Origin: a virus
Direction: 5' to 3' (one strand)
IMG/VR virus record: IMGVR_UViG_3300021964_000013
DNA length: 64,000 bases
Under the pieces are notes generated by a model. The model worked only from the letters and a program-made list of their open reading frames with translations, did not search any database and was not told the DNA's origin. Shown piece by piece: positions 1-10,531 of the stretch (positions within the stretch are counted from its first letter, which is position 1; every line of letters starts with the position of its first letter). A program made the translations under genes and the position numbers.

Positions 1-78
1 CCCCAAGATCATGTTTGGGGTTTAAGTAGGATTTTCTTTGGTAAATCTACCGATGGGAGAGATTATAATAATATTTGA
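1..78 (+). CDS. 3' end of an upstream gene (partial; ...PQDHVWGLSRIFFGKSTDGRDYNNI*)
   Basis: Frame +1 is open from the window start to TGA at 76-78, followed by ATG at 81. Confidence 0.5.
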   Translation, partial: PQDHVWGLSRIFFGKSTDGRDYNNI

Positions 79-80
79 TT

Positions 81-185
81 ATGGAAATTGTAAACGAATA
101 CGAAGAAATAATTGATGGTAAAAGATTCATCACTACCGAGTTTAGTAATGGTGATGTAATTATAACAGAAGAAGATATAGAATAA
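81..185 (+). CDS. Small acidic hypothetical protein, 34 aa (MEIVNEYEEIIDGKRFITTEFSNGDVIITEEDIE)
   Basis: Below the ORF-track cutoff; fills the gap exactly and its TAA overlaps the next ATG (TAATG). Confidence 0.6.
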   Translation: MEIVNEYEEIIDGKRFITTEFSNGDVIITEEDIE

Positions 186-424
186 TGGGACAAATACCGG
201 CAACAGGATCTGAAGTAAGTATGGGGAGAATATCGAGAGCTCTCGGTCTTACAGGTGCGTACCCACCACCTGCTGGTTCTAATATCAAACTTAATGGTAC
301 TTTAGGTATAAATAGGAATTTAGGTACCATAGGAACTTCTATAACCGCACCAACAATCCCATCAGGATCATCAACAGAAGAGTCAGGAGATTTCGGGGGG
401 TTAAACACACCTAATACATACTAA
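185..424 (+). CDS. Short Gly/Ser/Thr/Pro-rich virion tail-tip-like protein
   Basis: N-terminus IPATGSEVSMGRI resembles the LPxSGxISxxxI start of short phage tail-tip proteins; ends FGGLNTPNTY. Confidence 0.5.
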   Translation: MGQIPATGSEVSMGRISRALGLTGAYPPPAGSNIKLNGTLGINRNLGTIGTSITAPTIPSGSSTEESGDFGGLNTPNTY

Positions 425-483
425 TACCTTTATAATATTAGTTAAATTCCTTATATTCTTATTTATAAGTCAAATAACTTATA

Positions 484-942
484 ATGAGAATAAGATTCAA
501 CAACAAACAATCCAAATATGAACTCACCTACCTAAAATGGGAAGGGATTCATTATGATAGAGTCAAACTAAAGAGATTCATCTTTAGATATAATCTTATC
601 ACGATACTATCAAAAGTATTTAAGTCCTATAAAGAAGAATTAGAGGTTCTAAATGGTATTATAGATCATTATGGTAGATCAAAAGTCTTTAACCTAATAA
701 ATAATGATGATTATACCTCACGATTGGCACATATAGAGAGACTATCTCGTCTTGGGTCGGTTGAAATACTCACCACAGGATCATTCAACCCCGACACTTA
801 CCATCAAATAAGTAATTTACCTAAAACTGACTATGATTTGGTGAGTAAAAGGATACAAGAACTAATAAAAATCGGTCAGAGGGTAACCATACAGGATGAC
901 ATAATCGGAGAAAACATACCAAATGATAAAATCCAAGAATAA
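484..942 (+). CDS. Hypothetical helical protein; distant paralog of 44732..45496 (putative adaptor/chaperone)
   Basis: ERLSRLGSVEILTTGSF aligns with VRMAKQAMLDMVSYGRI; SKYEL aligns with PKYKA. Confidence 0.6.
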   Translation: MRIRFNNKQSKYELTYLKWEGIHYDRVKLKRFIFRYNLITILSKVFKSYKEELEVLNGIIDHYGRSKVFNLINNDDYTSRLAHIERLSRLGSVEILTTGSFNPDTYHQISNLPKTDYDLVSKRIQELIKIGQRVTIQDDIIGENIPNDKIQE

Positions 943-1570
943 TTCATCAATATGGTTAAATCAACCCATTAAATTATCCATTGTTGTACCTACAAGAGAC
1001 ACTGTACATAGTGGTTTCGCCTTTGCACTATCACAACTCATAAAAACCACCGAAAGTGCGGGTATTGAGACATACCTATTCTTTAATTCTAACACAATAC
1101 TCCTTAATCAAAGAGAACAACTCGTTAAATCCTCTATGGAAGTTGATTCCGACTATATTTTATGGTTGGATAGTGATATGACCTTCCCATCAACCACCGC
1201 ACTTAGATTATTGTCTCACGGTGAAGAAATTGTCGGTTGTAACTACAAGAAAAGATCAAAACCACAAACACCTGTCGCATATAAGAAACTATACGATTGG
1301 AATAGTTGGTTACCACTTGATATTGACGAAGGGTTGGTACAAGTTGAAGGTGTTGGTATGGGGTGTATCCTAATGAAAACTAATATTTTTAATAAAATCA
1401 GGAAACCTTATTTTGAATTTACATATAATGAAAATGACGGTAATTGGTTAGGTGAGGATTTTAGGTTATTAGAGAAACTTAGGAATAAGGGTTGTAAGGT
1501 TTATATAGACACCACTTTAACACATGAAATTGGTCATTTAGGTATTTACGAATTTGGTTCCCCAAAGTAG
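923..1570 (+). CDS. GT-A fold (GT2-like) glycosyltransferase
   Basis: IVVPTRD, LWLDSD (DxD), GMGCIL, GEDF and C-terminal H-x-G motifs. Confidence 0.85.
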   Translation: MIKSKNNSSIWLNQPIKLSIVVPTRDTVHSGFAFALSQLIKTTESAGIETYLFFNSNTILLNQREQLVKSSMEVDSDYILWLDSDMTFPSTTALRLLSHGEEIVGCNYKKRSKPQTPVAYKKLYDWNSWLPLDIDEGLVQVEGVGMGCILMKTNIFNKIRKPYFEFTYNENDGNWLGEDFRLLEKLRNKGCKVYIDTTLTHEIGHLGIYEFGSPK

Positions 1571-1590
1571 TAGATTGAATATTTATAGAT

Positions 1591-2265
1591 ATGGGTATTT
1601 TCAGAGGACCAAATATTGTTAGAGATGGTTTAATCCTAAATTTAGATGTTGCATCACCTCGTTGTTACAATGGGAGTGACAGTATCGTAGATTTATCGGG
1701 TAGAGGTAATAATGGTACTATGGGAGGATCCACATTCTCCACGGACAATCAAGGTATTATTAGTTTAGATGGTACTGATGATAGGATTGAAATACCCGAC
1801 TCTAATAATGATTTTGATTTTGGTGCTGGTGATTACACAATTAACTGTTGGATCAATCCATCATATGATAGTACTTACCCCCATTTATTTACATTGAATG
1901 ATCAATATAACTTTACATTGAAGGCGGTGAGGTTTGATAATTCAGAGGGTGGAAAAATCTATGTATACCAAGGATATAGCGTAACCTTTGATAATTCTTT
2001 TTTAACCACAGATGAGTGGCAAATGATCACACTGACAAGAGAAGGACAAGTCCATAAATTATATAAGAACGGTACTCTATCTGATACGGTTACTGATAGT
2101 AGTGGTCCTAAGAATATTACAACAACGACCGCATATATTGGTTGGGGCTGGTCAAGTGAATATACCCCACAGAAAAGGGGTCCAATACAAGTTTATAACA
2201 CACTATTAAGTGCGGATCAAGTTCTACAGAACTTTAACGCCCATAAAGAAAGGTTTGGTTTATAA
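1591..2265 (+). CDS. LamG/concanavalin-A-like domain virion protein
   Basis: GLILNLD...DLSGRGNNGT...LDGTDD...W...LYKNG...QNFNAHKERFGL pattern typical of phage LamG proteins. Confidence 0.85.
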   Translation: MGIFRGPNIVRDGLILNLDVASPRCYNGSDSIVDLSGRGNNGTMGGSTFSTDNQGIISLDGTDDRIEIPDSNNDFDFGAGDYTINCWINPSYDSTYPHLFTLNDQYNFTLKAVRFDNSEGGKIYVYQGYSVTFDNSFLTTDEWQMITLTREGQVHKLYKNGTLSDTVTDSSGPKNITTTTAYIGWGWSSEYTPQKRGPIQVYNTLLSADQVLQNFNAHKERFGL

Positions 2266-3602
2266 TGAAAATAGGTGGGGGTTTAAATAATGAAGGTTTA
2301 ATATTTGGATATGATTCTGAAGGGTTTAAGTTTGGTGGAGAACCAACCACGAATTACATATGGCATCAAAATGCGGTTAAACAAGAGTCTTATACCACAT
2401 ACAGTGCTACGTCATCAGGTAATTGGGAGTTTAATCATCCCCACGCAATTCAAACAGTCAACTCCAATGGAACATCCATAACAGGATATGTTAACACGGG
2501 TGTGGGTAGTTGGGAGAACACTCACCATGCTCATTGGCAATACGATGATGAATTGGGTAAACCCGTAACAGTCATGAATTGTTATGATGGTAATTGGAAG
2601 GCGAAGAGTTTTGGTGCGAGTATGAGTGATTGGGCAAGTTTAGGTATGAGTGTGGGAGATCAATACACAATATCATGGTTACAGTGGACCAATAACCTAA
2701 CCAAAAGAGCAAACACGGGATTCTATTCAAAGACGACCTCAGGAGGTAACGGATTCCACGATGGACTATCTAATGGATCATCAACTTCCACAAACACCAA
2801 AACACATACATGGGAGAGAGTTTATCACACATATACAATTTCATCCGCAAGAGACTTAACTAACTCATATGGGTCTGTTTACATGTATGGTCATTACTTT
2901 GTGAATGGTGCCCCTACAATATTTAAGATTGCGGATGTCCAATTAGAATTAAAAGACCACCCAACCAAATTCTCACCAACACTAACAAGAACGGAGGCAT
3001 TTAATGACCACGCAAATACAACATCCATAGACACCTCAAATATATTATGGACATCGGATCAATATCCTGATTTTAATGCGTTAAATACATATATTGATTT
3101 AGGTTCCGATATTGTTTTTAAAAATACGGGAGGATGGACGGTAGAGTCGATTGTGAAGTATAGGAATGTACCGGGTGGGTATGATAATGTTATATCACCG
3201 GGTAACTTCATAGGTTCTGATAGTATCATAAATAATAGTTGGTATTGGTCGGTATTAAGTAATAAGTTGGCGTTATGGAATAGATCACCCGGAGTATGGA
3301 AATACGGATCAACAATTATACAACCCGAAACATGGTATCATGCGGTATTAACATGTAGTGACGATGGTACTTCTTATCAGATGTACCTAAATGGAGAACC
3401 CGAAGGTGGTGATCACGTGTCATATGTTTGGAATAGTGCGTACTCAGGATTAAGGGTTAGGTACATTGGACAGGGTAACTCATCTAATAAAAGAAGGGTT
3501 GATGGTCAAATTCCTGTAACAAGAATGTACGATAGAGTACTACCCGCTAATGAGGTAAAACAAAATTATCTCTCCTTTAAATCAAGATTTGGTTTAGAAT
3601 AG
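2265..3602 (+). CDS. LamG domain virion protein with an extra N-terminal carbohydrate-binding-like domain
   Basis: C-terminal LamG (WYHAVLT...MYLNG...RMYDRVL...QNYLSFKSRFGL); Trp/His-rich beta region ending IADVQLE. Confidence 0.75.
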   Translation: MKIGGGLNNEGLIFGYDSEGFKFGGEPTTNYIWHQNAVKQESYTTYSATSSGNWEFNHPHAIQTVNSNGTSITGYVNTGVGSWENTHHAHWQYDDELGKPVTVMNCYDGNWKAKSFGASMSDWASLGMSVGDQYTISWLQWTNNLTKRANTGFYSKTTSGGNGFHDGLSNGSSTSTNTKTHTWERVYHTYTISSARDLTNSYGSVYMYGHYFVNGAPTIFKIADVQLELKDHPTKFSPTLTRTEAFNDHANTTSIDTSNILWTSDQYPDFNALNTYIDLGSDIVFKNTGGWTVESIVKYRNVPGGYDNVISPGNFIGSDSIINNSWYWSVLSNKLALWNRSPGVWKYGSTIIQPETWYHAVLTCSDDGTSYQMYLNGEPEGGDHVSYVWNSAYSGLRVRYIGQGNSSNKRRVDGQIPVTRMYDRVLPANEVKQNYLSFKSRFGLE

Positions 3603-3604
3603 AC

Positions 3605-3633
3605 TTGTCTTTTTAGTATATTTTCTTTATATT
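3605..3633 (+). promoter_or_regulatory. Putative host-RNAP promoter TTGTCT-N17-TATATT
   Basis: Same architecture recurs at 48924, 50915 and 59947. Confidence 0.6.
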
Positions 3634-3640
3634 ATTACCT

Positions 3641-4378
3641 ATGGAGAACATAGGTTTCGGAATTATGTGCTTCGGTAAAGACTTTTATTTTAAAGGTACT
3701 GAAGAAAAATTAAAGAATATCTTAGAAAAGGGGTATAAATGTTATGTTTTAACAGATAATACCGAATATTTTCTAAAGAAATTTTGGGGTACGGGTATTG
3801 AACTCATCCCTTATAAAAGAAACTACAAATCATTCTACGATAAAGTAAGTCTTGTTAAAAATATTCATGAGAACCATGACATTGCAATATTACTTGACGC
3901 TGATTTACATATATCCGATTATTCTCTCTTAGACAGGTTATCAAAATATGACTTTAAAGAGGGTGTTTCCTATGTTGATACATTATGGAACCATACCGCA
4001 AAATTCAAAACTGTTGGTGACATACCAATGGTAGATAAAGAGTGGTTGGAGTACAAAAATTATGTTTTATCTATCTATCCCGAAGTGGATAATGTTGAAA
4101 CTATATGGGAGTACTTCATCGTATTCAATAAGAAAGGTTTTCAAAAAGAAAACTTCTTCTCTGATTACGAAAAACTACAAGTGGTTAAGGAATTCTGTGA
4201 TGTAAGGTTAAATAAAGATGTTTCAGGTGCGGGAGAAGGTGTATCTGTCTCTGTTTCTTGTTTAAAAAATGGCATCCCCATTAGTTTAGATAGGAGATTA
4301 TTGACGATCACACAACAAACTCTCAAACCAATTACAAGACACACACCAACAAAGGAGATACCTAATTATTTTAAGTGA
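3641..4378 (+). CDS. Putative GT-A fold nucleotide-sugar transferase
   Basis: VLTD, YDK, LLDAD (DxD) motifs; glycan-island context. Confidence 0.55.
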   Translation: MENIGFGIMCFGKDFYFKGTEEKLKNILEKGYKCYVLTDNTEYFLKKFWGTGIELIPYKRNYKSFYDKVSLVKNIHENHDIAILLDADLHISDYSLLDRLSKYDFKEGVSYVDTLWNHTAKFKTVGDIPMVDKEWLEYKNYVLSIYPEVDNVETIWEYFIVFNKKGFQKENFFSDYEKLQVVKEFCDVRLNKDVSGAGEGVSVSVSCLKNGIPISLDRRLLTITQQTLKPITRHTPTKEIPNYFK

Positions 4379-5100
4379 TAACGAACCAAGAATATATACA
4401 GAAATATATAACTACAGATGATGGTGATAAATTACCATTTCTGTGGACTCATGGTGCAACATCATCTCACATGGGTGATGGGATTATCGTTTATTCACTA
4501 ATACAACACATGAGATATAAAAATTGTGTTTGTATTGGTACGGGGGGTGGGTACATCCCAAGAATAATGACACAAGCGAGAATAGACTTACACAAACAGG
4601 GAATATTTGAAGGTAACGATACCTATTCGTGGGGAGATATAGGAACAACATTTCTTGTTGACCCATGTAATGGTATTGGTGGGGAGAGTAATGTTTGTGA
4701 TATGGATGGGTTCTACCAAAAAACCTTCTATCCTCGATTTATAAAAGAAACATCAGAAAGGGCGTATTATGATTTCTTCGTTAGAGAAGATATTATGATT
4801 GACCTAATATTCATAGATGGTGACCATTCATACGAAGGTGTGAAGAAAGACTTTGATCTGTATACGAAAAGACTGAATCCAAACGGTCTCGTTTTAATAC
4901 ATGATACTGACTCTTCATATTCCGAAACTTTAATTACATCTGAAGATGCAAAAAAGGATTTCTTCCCCTTCGATGGTCCATCTAAATTAATAAGTGAATT
5001 AGAAGATAATAAAGATTGGACTGTTATGAATCTATTCAATTTTGGGAATCTTAAAGATAAACCATCATCAACAGGACTAACATTAGTGAAGAAAAGATGA
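4375..5100 (+). CDS. Class I SAM methyltransferase (Methyltransf_24-like)
   Basis: CIGTGGG, FIDGDHSYEGVKKDF, GLVLIHD. Confidence 0.85.
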   Translation: MITNQEYIQKYITTDDGDKLPFLWTHGATSSHMGDGIIVYSLIQHMRYKNCVCIGTGGGYIPRIMTQARIDLHKQGIFEGNDTYSWGDIGTTFLVDPCNGIGGESNVCDMDGFYQKTFYPRFIKETSERAYYDFFVREDIMIDLIFIDGDHSYEGVKKDFDLYTKRLNPNGLVLIHDTDSSYSETLITSEDAKKDFFPFDGPSKLISELEDNKDWTVMNLFNFGNLKDKPSSTGLTLVKKR

Positions 5101-6167
5101 AAATAATTCATTCATTTAAAAAATTAGAGAAAGGAAAGAATTTAAATGACGAATTCGTATTAACGTATATGTCAATATCCGCACTATGTGCAAAAAAACA
5201 TTGGGGTAATATACACTTATATTGTGACGAAGAGAGTGCGGAAATTGTTAAGGAGATTGGTATACCTTACGACACAATTAATACTGAATTATTTGAGAAC
5301 TACAATTTCGGTGATGTATTTTCAATACCTAAGATTAAAGTTTTCGAAGATCAGAAAGAACCCTTTTTACATATTGACTACGACACCTTCTTTTTTGAGA
5401 GAAGACCATTTGAGGAACATCATAGGATAATTTATTCCCACCCTGATTTTAATTTCATAAATCTATTTAAGGAGATGTCTGAACAAATCCAAGTATTGAT
5501 TCAAAGAGATAGACCCCGTTTAGATGATTTGATTAATGTCAAATGGGATCAGAATATCTTAGGTTGGTTCCACACTTACTTTGACACTCTTTATAGATAT
5601 CCTGATCTATTACCTCAAGAATTACAAGAGAGGGTCTTAATTGATTTTACTCCCAACTTCAATGTATTTGGTGGGTACGACTATGAGATCATATCAAAAG
5701 CGGCGACTTATATTTTAAATCTCTACGAGGATAAGAGAGAGATATGGGATAAAAACTACCATTACAATGCCTGTATTTTAGAACAACTACTTTATTTCCC
5801 CGTAATAAAACTTTTAGACAAAGACAATGATTTAAATCTGAGGATACAAGACATGAATGAGAATAACCTCTTTGATTCATCTATTGTCCCTATGAGTAGT
5901 GAGGTACCTGTTACTTTATCTATGGAAGGTAAATCACAAGTTATAACATGTCACGGCAAAAAAATTAAAAGGTTTTTACATGCGGATTATTCTTACAATA
6001 TTCAACAGTTGGTTGATTTCGCATTTGGTGGGTATACTCACTTAGGTTCTCCGATGAAGGAATCAAGGGAAGTACTTGAGATGATCAAAAAGAAGGGTAT
6101 AAAATATTACGGTGCTGAGGAGATAGTGAATAAACTAAATAGAAAATTTAAATCGGGTATTATATGA
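5097..6167 (+). CDS. DUF6734-like putative glycosyltransferase
   Basis: LYCD, SIPKI, PFLHIDYD, LEQ motifs. Confidence 0.55.
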   Translation: MKIIHSFKKLEKGKNLNDEFVLTYMSISALCAKKHWGNIHLYCDEESAEIVKEIGIPYDTINTELFENYNFGDVFSIPKIKVFEDQKEPFLHIDYDTFFFERRPFEEHHRIIYSHPDFNFINLFKEMSEQIQVLIQRDRPRLDDLINVKWDQNILGWFHTYFDTLYRYPDLLPQELQERVLIDFTPNFNVFGGYDYEIISKAATYILNLYEDKREIWDKNYHYNACILEQLLYFPVIKLLDKDNDLNLRIQDMNENNLFDSSIVPMSSEVPVTLSMEGKSQVITCHGKKIKRFLHADYSYNIQQLVDFAFGGYTHLGSPMKESREVLEMIKKKGIKYYGAEEIVNKLNRKFKSGII

Positions 6168-7018
6168 TAAGATTAATTTGTGTCTTAGGTCATGGTTATG
6201 AATTGTTACCCCACTTCATCGAACATTATTCCAAGTTCGTTGATGAGATACAATTTGTGATATACGAATCTGAGATGTCCCCGAGGATTCTTAATAGATC
6301 CAAATCAATTATAAATCAATACGACAATGCAAAAATTGTAAAGGTTGTGAGGGATAGAGTGTATGATTGGGAGAAAGTAACCATATTATACAATATGATA
6401 AAATCTAAGAATAAAAAGGATTGGTGGGTAGTTGCCGATATTGATGAATTCCACTTATACCCCAATAATGACTTATCCAAAATCATTGATGAATGTGAAG
6501 ATAACCTTTGGACTATGGTGAGAGGTGGTTTCATTGACCGAGTGGGGGAGAATGGTGAGTTTCCTGAAATACAAAAAGACATTTCTCTATTTGAACAATT
6601 CCCTTATGCGGGATTTTTCAGATACCCACTCAGTAATGCTTGTCCTAACAAAGTTTGTGTGATGAGAGGTGATGTGGAATTAACCAATGGTCAACACTAC
6701 GCAATTATTGATAGTCACACCACATGGAGATGGCAGGGATGGAATCACCCAATCATAGCTCCATTCCAAGACTACTCAGTACAGGTACACCATTTTAAGT
6801 GGGATAAAACAGTAAAGGAAAGATTGAAGAGTGTTGGTGAGTTAAACCAACCTTATGCATTCTCAAAAGAATACATGACAATGTATAACGAACTTAAATC
6901 CACAAATTTTAAAGTGAATTTAAGAGATAGGGATTTTATGTTTTTAAAATCTAATAAACCTAATTTTAGTTCGTACAGACATTGGGATAAACTAATCAGA
7001 AAGATTGTGAGTATATGA
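6164..7018 (+). CDS. Glycosyltransferase family 2-like (Glyco_tranf_2_4 type)
   Basis: FIEHY, WWVVADIDEF, HHFKW. Confidence 0.8.
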   Translation: MIRLICVLGHGYELLPHFIEHYSKFVDEIQFVIYESEMSPRILNRSKSIINQYDNAKIVKVVRDRVYDWEKVTILYNMIKSKNKKDWWVVADIDEFHLYPNNDLSKIIDECEDNLWTMVRGGFIDRVGENGEFPEIQKDISLFEQFPYAGFFRYPLSNACPNKVCVMRGDVELTNGQHYAIIDSHTTWRWQGWNHPIIAPFQDYSVQVHHFKWDKTVKERLKSVGELNQPYAFSKEYMTMYNELKSTNFKVNLRDRDFMFLKSNKPNFSSYRHWDKLIRKIVSI

Positions 7019-8382
7019 GATTAGCATTAATAGTACCATATCGAGACCGAAGAGACGAGTTAGACGTATTTCTACCACATATGGTGGAGTTTTTATCTAA
7101 TAAACAAATAGACTATAAAATATTTGTTGCGGAGCAATCTGACGATAGACCCTTCAACTACGGTAAATTATGTAACGCGGTTGTAAATGAAATTAAAGAC
7201 AACTTCGATTATTTCTGTTTCCACGATGTTGATCTACTACCTAAGAACGATAGTTCTGAATATTATTATGTGGACACCCCTACTCAAATATTCGGATATA
7301 GAGAAGGTGATGGTACTGACTTACCCTACGAACAGTTCTTTGGTGGTGTTGTGATATTTCCAAAAGACGTATTTGACGAAATTAATGGATTCTCAAATGA
7401 TTATTGGGGTAAAGGATATATTGATTTAGATCTCCTACACAGGTGTGCAACATCCAAGGTTAAAATGAACAAAAAGTATGGATACTCTAATAATGAAATA
7501 TTCAAAACAGATTTTAAAGATAGGAAGATAAGTAGATATGGTTCGTTGATTTCATTACAACCTAAATCTATTTTTATGACTAAACCGTCGAATAATCTAT
7601 TGGATGATTTTACTATTTCATTTTTTTACAGGGAAGAGGAAATCCCTATAAACAAAAACACCTTCTTTAGGACACACAATGGTTGGGATTTTCAAGTATT
7701 CTCTAACGACAATCAGGTGATTGTTCAAATGTTCAATACCGATATGAATATGTTCCAAATCGAAATTAAAGATCTTGATTTATCAGTATTAAATCATTTT
7801 GTGGTGACACATGATAGTGAGAATAAGTATGTTCATATATACGTCAATTCAAATCTAAGTGAAGAGATTACCTATCATGGTGAGTTAAGGGTTAGGTCCG
7901 CGACATTGTTGATAGGTGATGTTGAAAACCACAACTTTATTAACCTATATGATTTTAAATTATTTAAGAGAAAATTAAATGATTTTGAGATCAGTAAAGA
8001 ATACTATTACGGTATAGATGCGGATTGGTTAGATCTTAGAAAACCTTGTCTTTTTAAGGAAAATTCCGTATTATTAGATATGACCGCATCGGTATGGCAG
8101 ATTGGTGGAATGATTGACATTAAAACGAAATTTCATTTTAAAGATCCCACAGAAATATACACTCCGAACAGGAAGGAAGGTCAGTTTGATATCGAAGGAT
8201 TAAAATTCGAAGAATTAATCGATACCTATGATCCTGACATAATTGAAAACAAACTAACCTTTATGGATTTATTAGAAGGTAAAATAGATAGTAAGAAATA
8301 TGGGTTGAACTCAATTAATTACAAAGTCTTGAATAAAACAACATATGACGATAACACAGAATGGTACAAGATAGTTACATAG
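7015..8382 (+). CDS. GT7 (beta-1,4-GalT-like) protein with LamG-like insertion; degenerate catalytic motif
   Basis: VPYRDR, FNYG, HDVD, FFGGV, GFSNDYWGKGYIDLD (canonical WGWGxEDDD), C-terminal GLNSINY. Confidence 0.8.
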   Translation: MRLALIVPYRDRRDELDVFLPHMVEFLSNKQIDYKIFVAEQSDDRPFNYGKLCNAVVNEIKDNFDYFCFHDVDLLPKNDSSEYYYVDTPTQIFGYREGDGTDLPYEQFFGGVVIFPKDVFDEINGFSNDYWGKGYIDLDLLHRCATSKVKMNKKYGYSNNEIFKTDFKDRKISRYGSLISLQPKSIFMTKPSNNLLDDFTISFFYREEEIPINKNTFFRTHNGWDFQVFSNDNQVIVQMFNTDMNMFQIEIKDLDLSVLNHFVVTHDSENKYVHIYVNSNLSEEITYHGELRVRSATLLIGDVENHNFINLYDFKLFKRKLNDFEISKEYYYGIDADWLDLRKPCLFKENSVLLDMTASVWQIGGMIDIKTKFHFKDPTEIYTPNRKEGQFDIEGLKFEELIDTYDPDIIENKLTFMDLLEGKIDSKKYGLNSINYKVLNKTTYDDNTEWYKIVT

Positions 8383-9086
8383 AGTTTACAGAACCCGTAG
8401 TTAATAAATTGGAGGGGTTTGCGGACACCTTAGAAAATATCAGATACGAATCTGATGATTGGTCAGTTGTGGTATCACTCTTTTTGTTGTATCTCGAATC
8501 TAATCTTAAAGAATCTAACATCTACGATTTTGTTTTTAAAACGGACGAGAGTAAGTCCGTAAAATTGAAATTACAAGAAGAAAAAAAGATCTTATTCGAT
8601 GAAATTAATAAGAACGTTAAGAGGTTAGAAGAGTCACCGAACATTGTAAATGAAAAGTGGGATCAGGTAAGGGAACATTACGACACTATAAAAGAAACCG
8701 AGGATACCTTAAATTCTTCCATTGAAAAACATTATGAAAATATAAAATCCATAGAGGAGGAACTACAAAGGAAAGTACAGGAGGAATACGACCAAATTAA
8801 GAAATTGGAAACCGAACGAAATGGTATTGTCGATGGGGAATATTTTGAGATTAAGTCTTTAGAATCCGATATCGAAGACATACATAAAAACACTTCTACC
8901 ATAAGTGCAGAAAATGACGACTTATATAAGAAGGTGGAGGTTATTGATCATAAACTTTCTGAAATAGAAAATCACATAGAAGATTCTGAATGGAAAGTGG
9001 AATTGGATAGTCCCGAAGAGAAGGTATTCGAGACCATCAAAAATAATTTAATATTAAATAAAAGACTAAAATATGGCGACATCTGA
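8361..9086 (+). CDS. Coiled-coil protein with 18-residue repeats
   Basis: HYDTIKETE/HYENIKSIE/EYDQIKKLE/EYFEIKSLE at 18-aa spacing. Confidence 0.65.
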   Translation: MVQDSYIEFTEPVVNKLEGFADTLENIRYESDDWSVVVSLFLLYLESNLKESNIYDFVFKTDESKSVKLKLQEEKKILFDEINKNVKRLEESPNIVNEKWDQVREHYDTIKETEDTLNSSIEKHYENIKSIEEELQRKVQEEYDQIKKLETERNGIVDGEYFEIKSLESDIEDIHKNTSTISAENDDLYKKVEVIDHKLSEIENHIEDSEWKVELDSPEEKVFETIKNNLILNKRLKYGDI

Positions 9087-9312
9087 TAAAGAGAATTTAA
9101 ATAAGAGGGGTGTAGAAGCCCTCGAAAGAATTGCAGATTCATTAGAAGGAATAAACAATTTTGTTTACGAATTAGATACCGCATCATGGTCCCAAAGACT
9201 TGAATGGTACCTGAATGAGTTTTATGAATTAAGCAAAGCCAAGACTATTGGTGGGACAAATAGACCAAAACGAGAATATGAAGAAGAATCTGGCGATAAT
9301 AGTACCGTATAG
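9073..9312 (+). CDS. Small helical protein paralogous to the N-terminus of 8361..9086
   Basis: LERIADSLEGI vs LEGFADTLENI, both followed by WS. Confidence 0.6.
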   Translation: MATSDKENLNKRGVEALERIADSLEGINNFVYELDTASWSQRLEWYLNEFYELSKAKTIGGTNRPKREYEEESGDNSTV

Positions 9313-10531
9313 GGATAGACCCAATCATCTTAGAACGTTCATCAAGTATATGAGTGATTTCCTACCCCAAAATGGGATAGAGGAATATCAAATATTCGTG
9401 GTGGAACAGTCGGATAACGGACCTTTTAATAGAGGTAAACTTCTAAATATTGGATCTAAAATTGCAATTGATGAAGGGTTCGATTACTTGTGCTTTCATG
9501 ATGTTGATTTATTACCTATCGATGTAGACTACAGTTATCCAAAATACCCAACATCATTAGTTTCTAAAGTTGAGAATAAAGAGGGTGATATATTGTTTAG
9601 ATATTTCGGTGGTGTAACCATCTTTAATACCGAGGACTTCGTTGGTATCAACGGATATTCAAATAACTATTGGGGATGGGGATTCGAAGATGACGACTTA
9701 TTCCATAGAGTTACTCATGGTGGTTTATTCTTCGACACTGAGAAAGTTGGTGTGGACAATTACAGTAAGTATTCTGTCGAGATTATCGAGGATGGATACT
9801 GCAGAGTTGAGATAGAAGAAGACTTCTTAACCAACGATTTCAATATTGATACAACAATTAAAGTTAATTCAAGGTACTTTAACGAAAATAAAGAATATGA
9901 TGAGTACCCATTAATTTGTATACCGGGTCATAATATAGGTTTATTCTACAACTCATTCAACCGTTTCTTTTTTCAGGTCTTCGATAAGGATAAGAAACCT
10001 TATTCAATCACCACTGATGTCTTAGATGATGTCACATCATCATTTAGAATCATTAAAAAAGATAGAAATGTTTCTATGTTTATGAATGACGTGTTTGTTG
10101 GTGAGATTACAATGGATAATGACATATTAGATCTACAAAATAAGTTTATGTATGTGGGATCTATTTCAGATAAGGAAAGAGTTGAGTTTGATATGAACTT
10201 AATAACTCTAAAGTTGAATGGTCTTAAATGTTCAACAACAGATCTAACGATGTATAAGTCACAAGTAACCGATCGAGAAATTAACCATTCAACATCGATA
10301 CCTAAACCAATAAGAAGGAATGGGATTTTTAGGGAGTTATACCATGACAACAATGCATCAGTAGAAAAGAATTGGATACATAAGGAAACGAGAAGTAATC
10401 AAATCTATTATAACAACATAGTAAAACAAGGATTAAACGATTTTACTAATGAGGGTTTGAATAGTTTAGAATATGAATTAATAAAAGATAAGAACCTTAA
10501 AGGTTATAGAAAATTAACAGTCCAAATATGA
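9278..10531 (+). CDS. GT7 glycosyltransferase with LamG-like insertion
   Basis: VPYRDR, FNRG, HDVD, YFGGV, GYSNNYWGWGFEDDD, LYH, GLNSLEY; start moved to ATG 9278 (MKKNLAII). Confidence 0.85.
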   Translation: MKKNLAIIVPYRDRPNHLRTFIKYMSDFLPQNGIEEYQIFVVEQSDNGPFNRGKLLNIGSKIAIDEGFDYLCFHDVDLLPIDVDYSYPKYPTSLVSKVENKEGDILFRYFGGVTIFNTEDFVGINGYSNNYWGWGFEDDDLFHRVTHGGLFFDTEKVGVDNYSKYSVEIIEDGYCRVEIEEDFLTNDFNIDTTIKVNSRYFNENKEYDEYPLICIPGHNIGLFYNSFNRFFFQVFDKDKKPYSITTDVLDDVTSSFRIIKKDRNVSMFMNDVFVGEITMDNDILDLQNKFMYVGSISDKERVEFDMNLITLKLNGLKCSTTDLTMYKSQVTDREINHSTSIPKPIRRNGIFRELYHDNNASVEKNWIHKETRSNQIYYNNIVKQGLNDFTNEGLNSLEYELIKDKNLKGYRKLTVQI

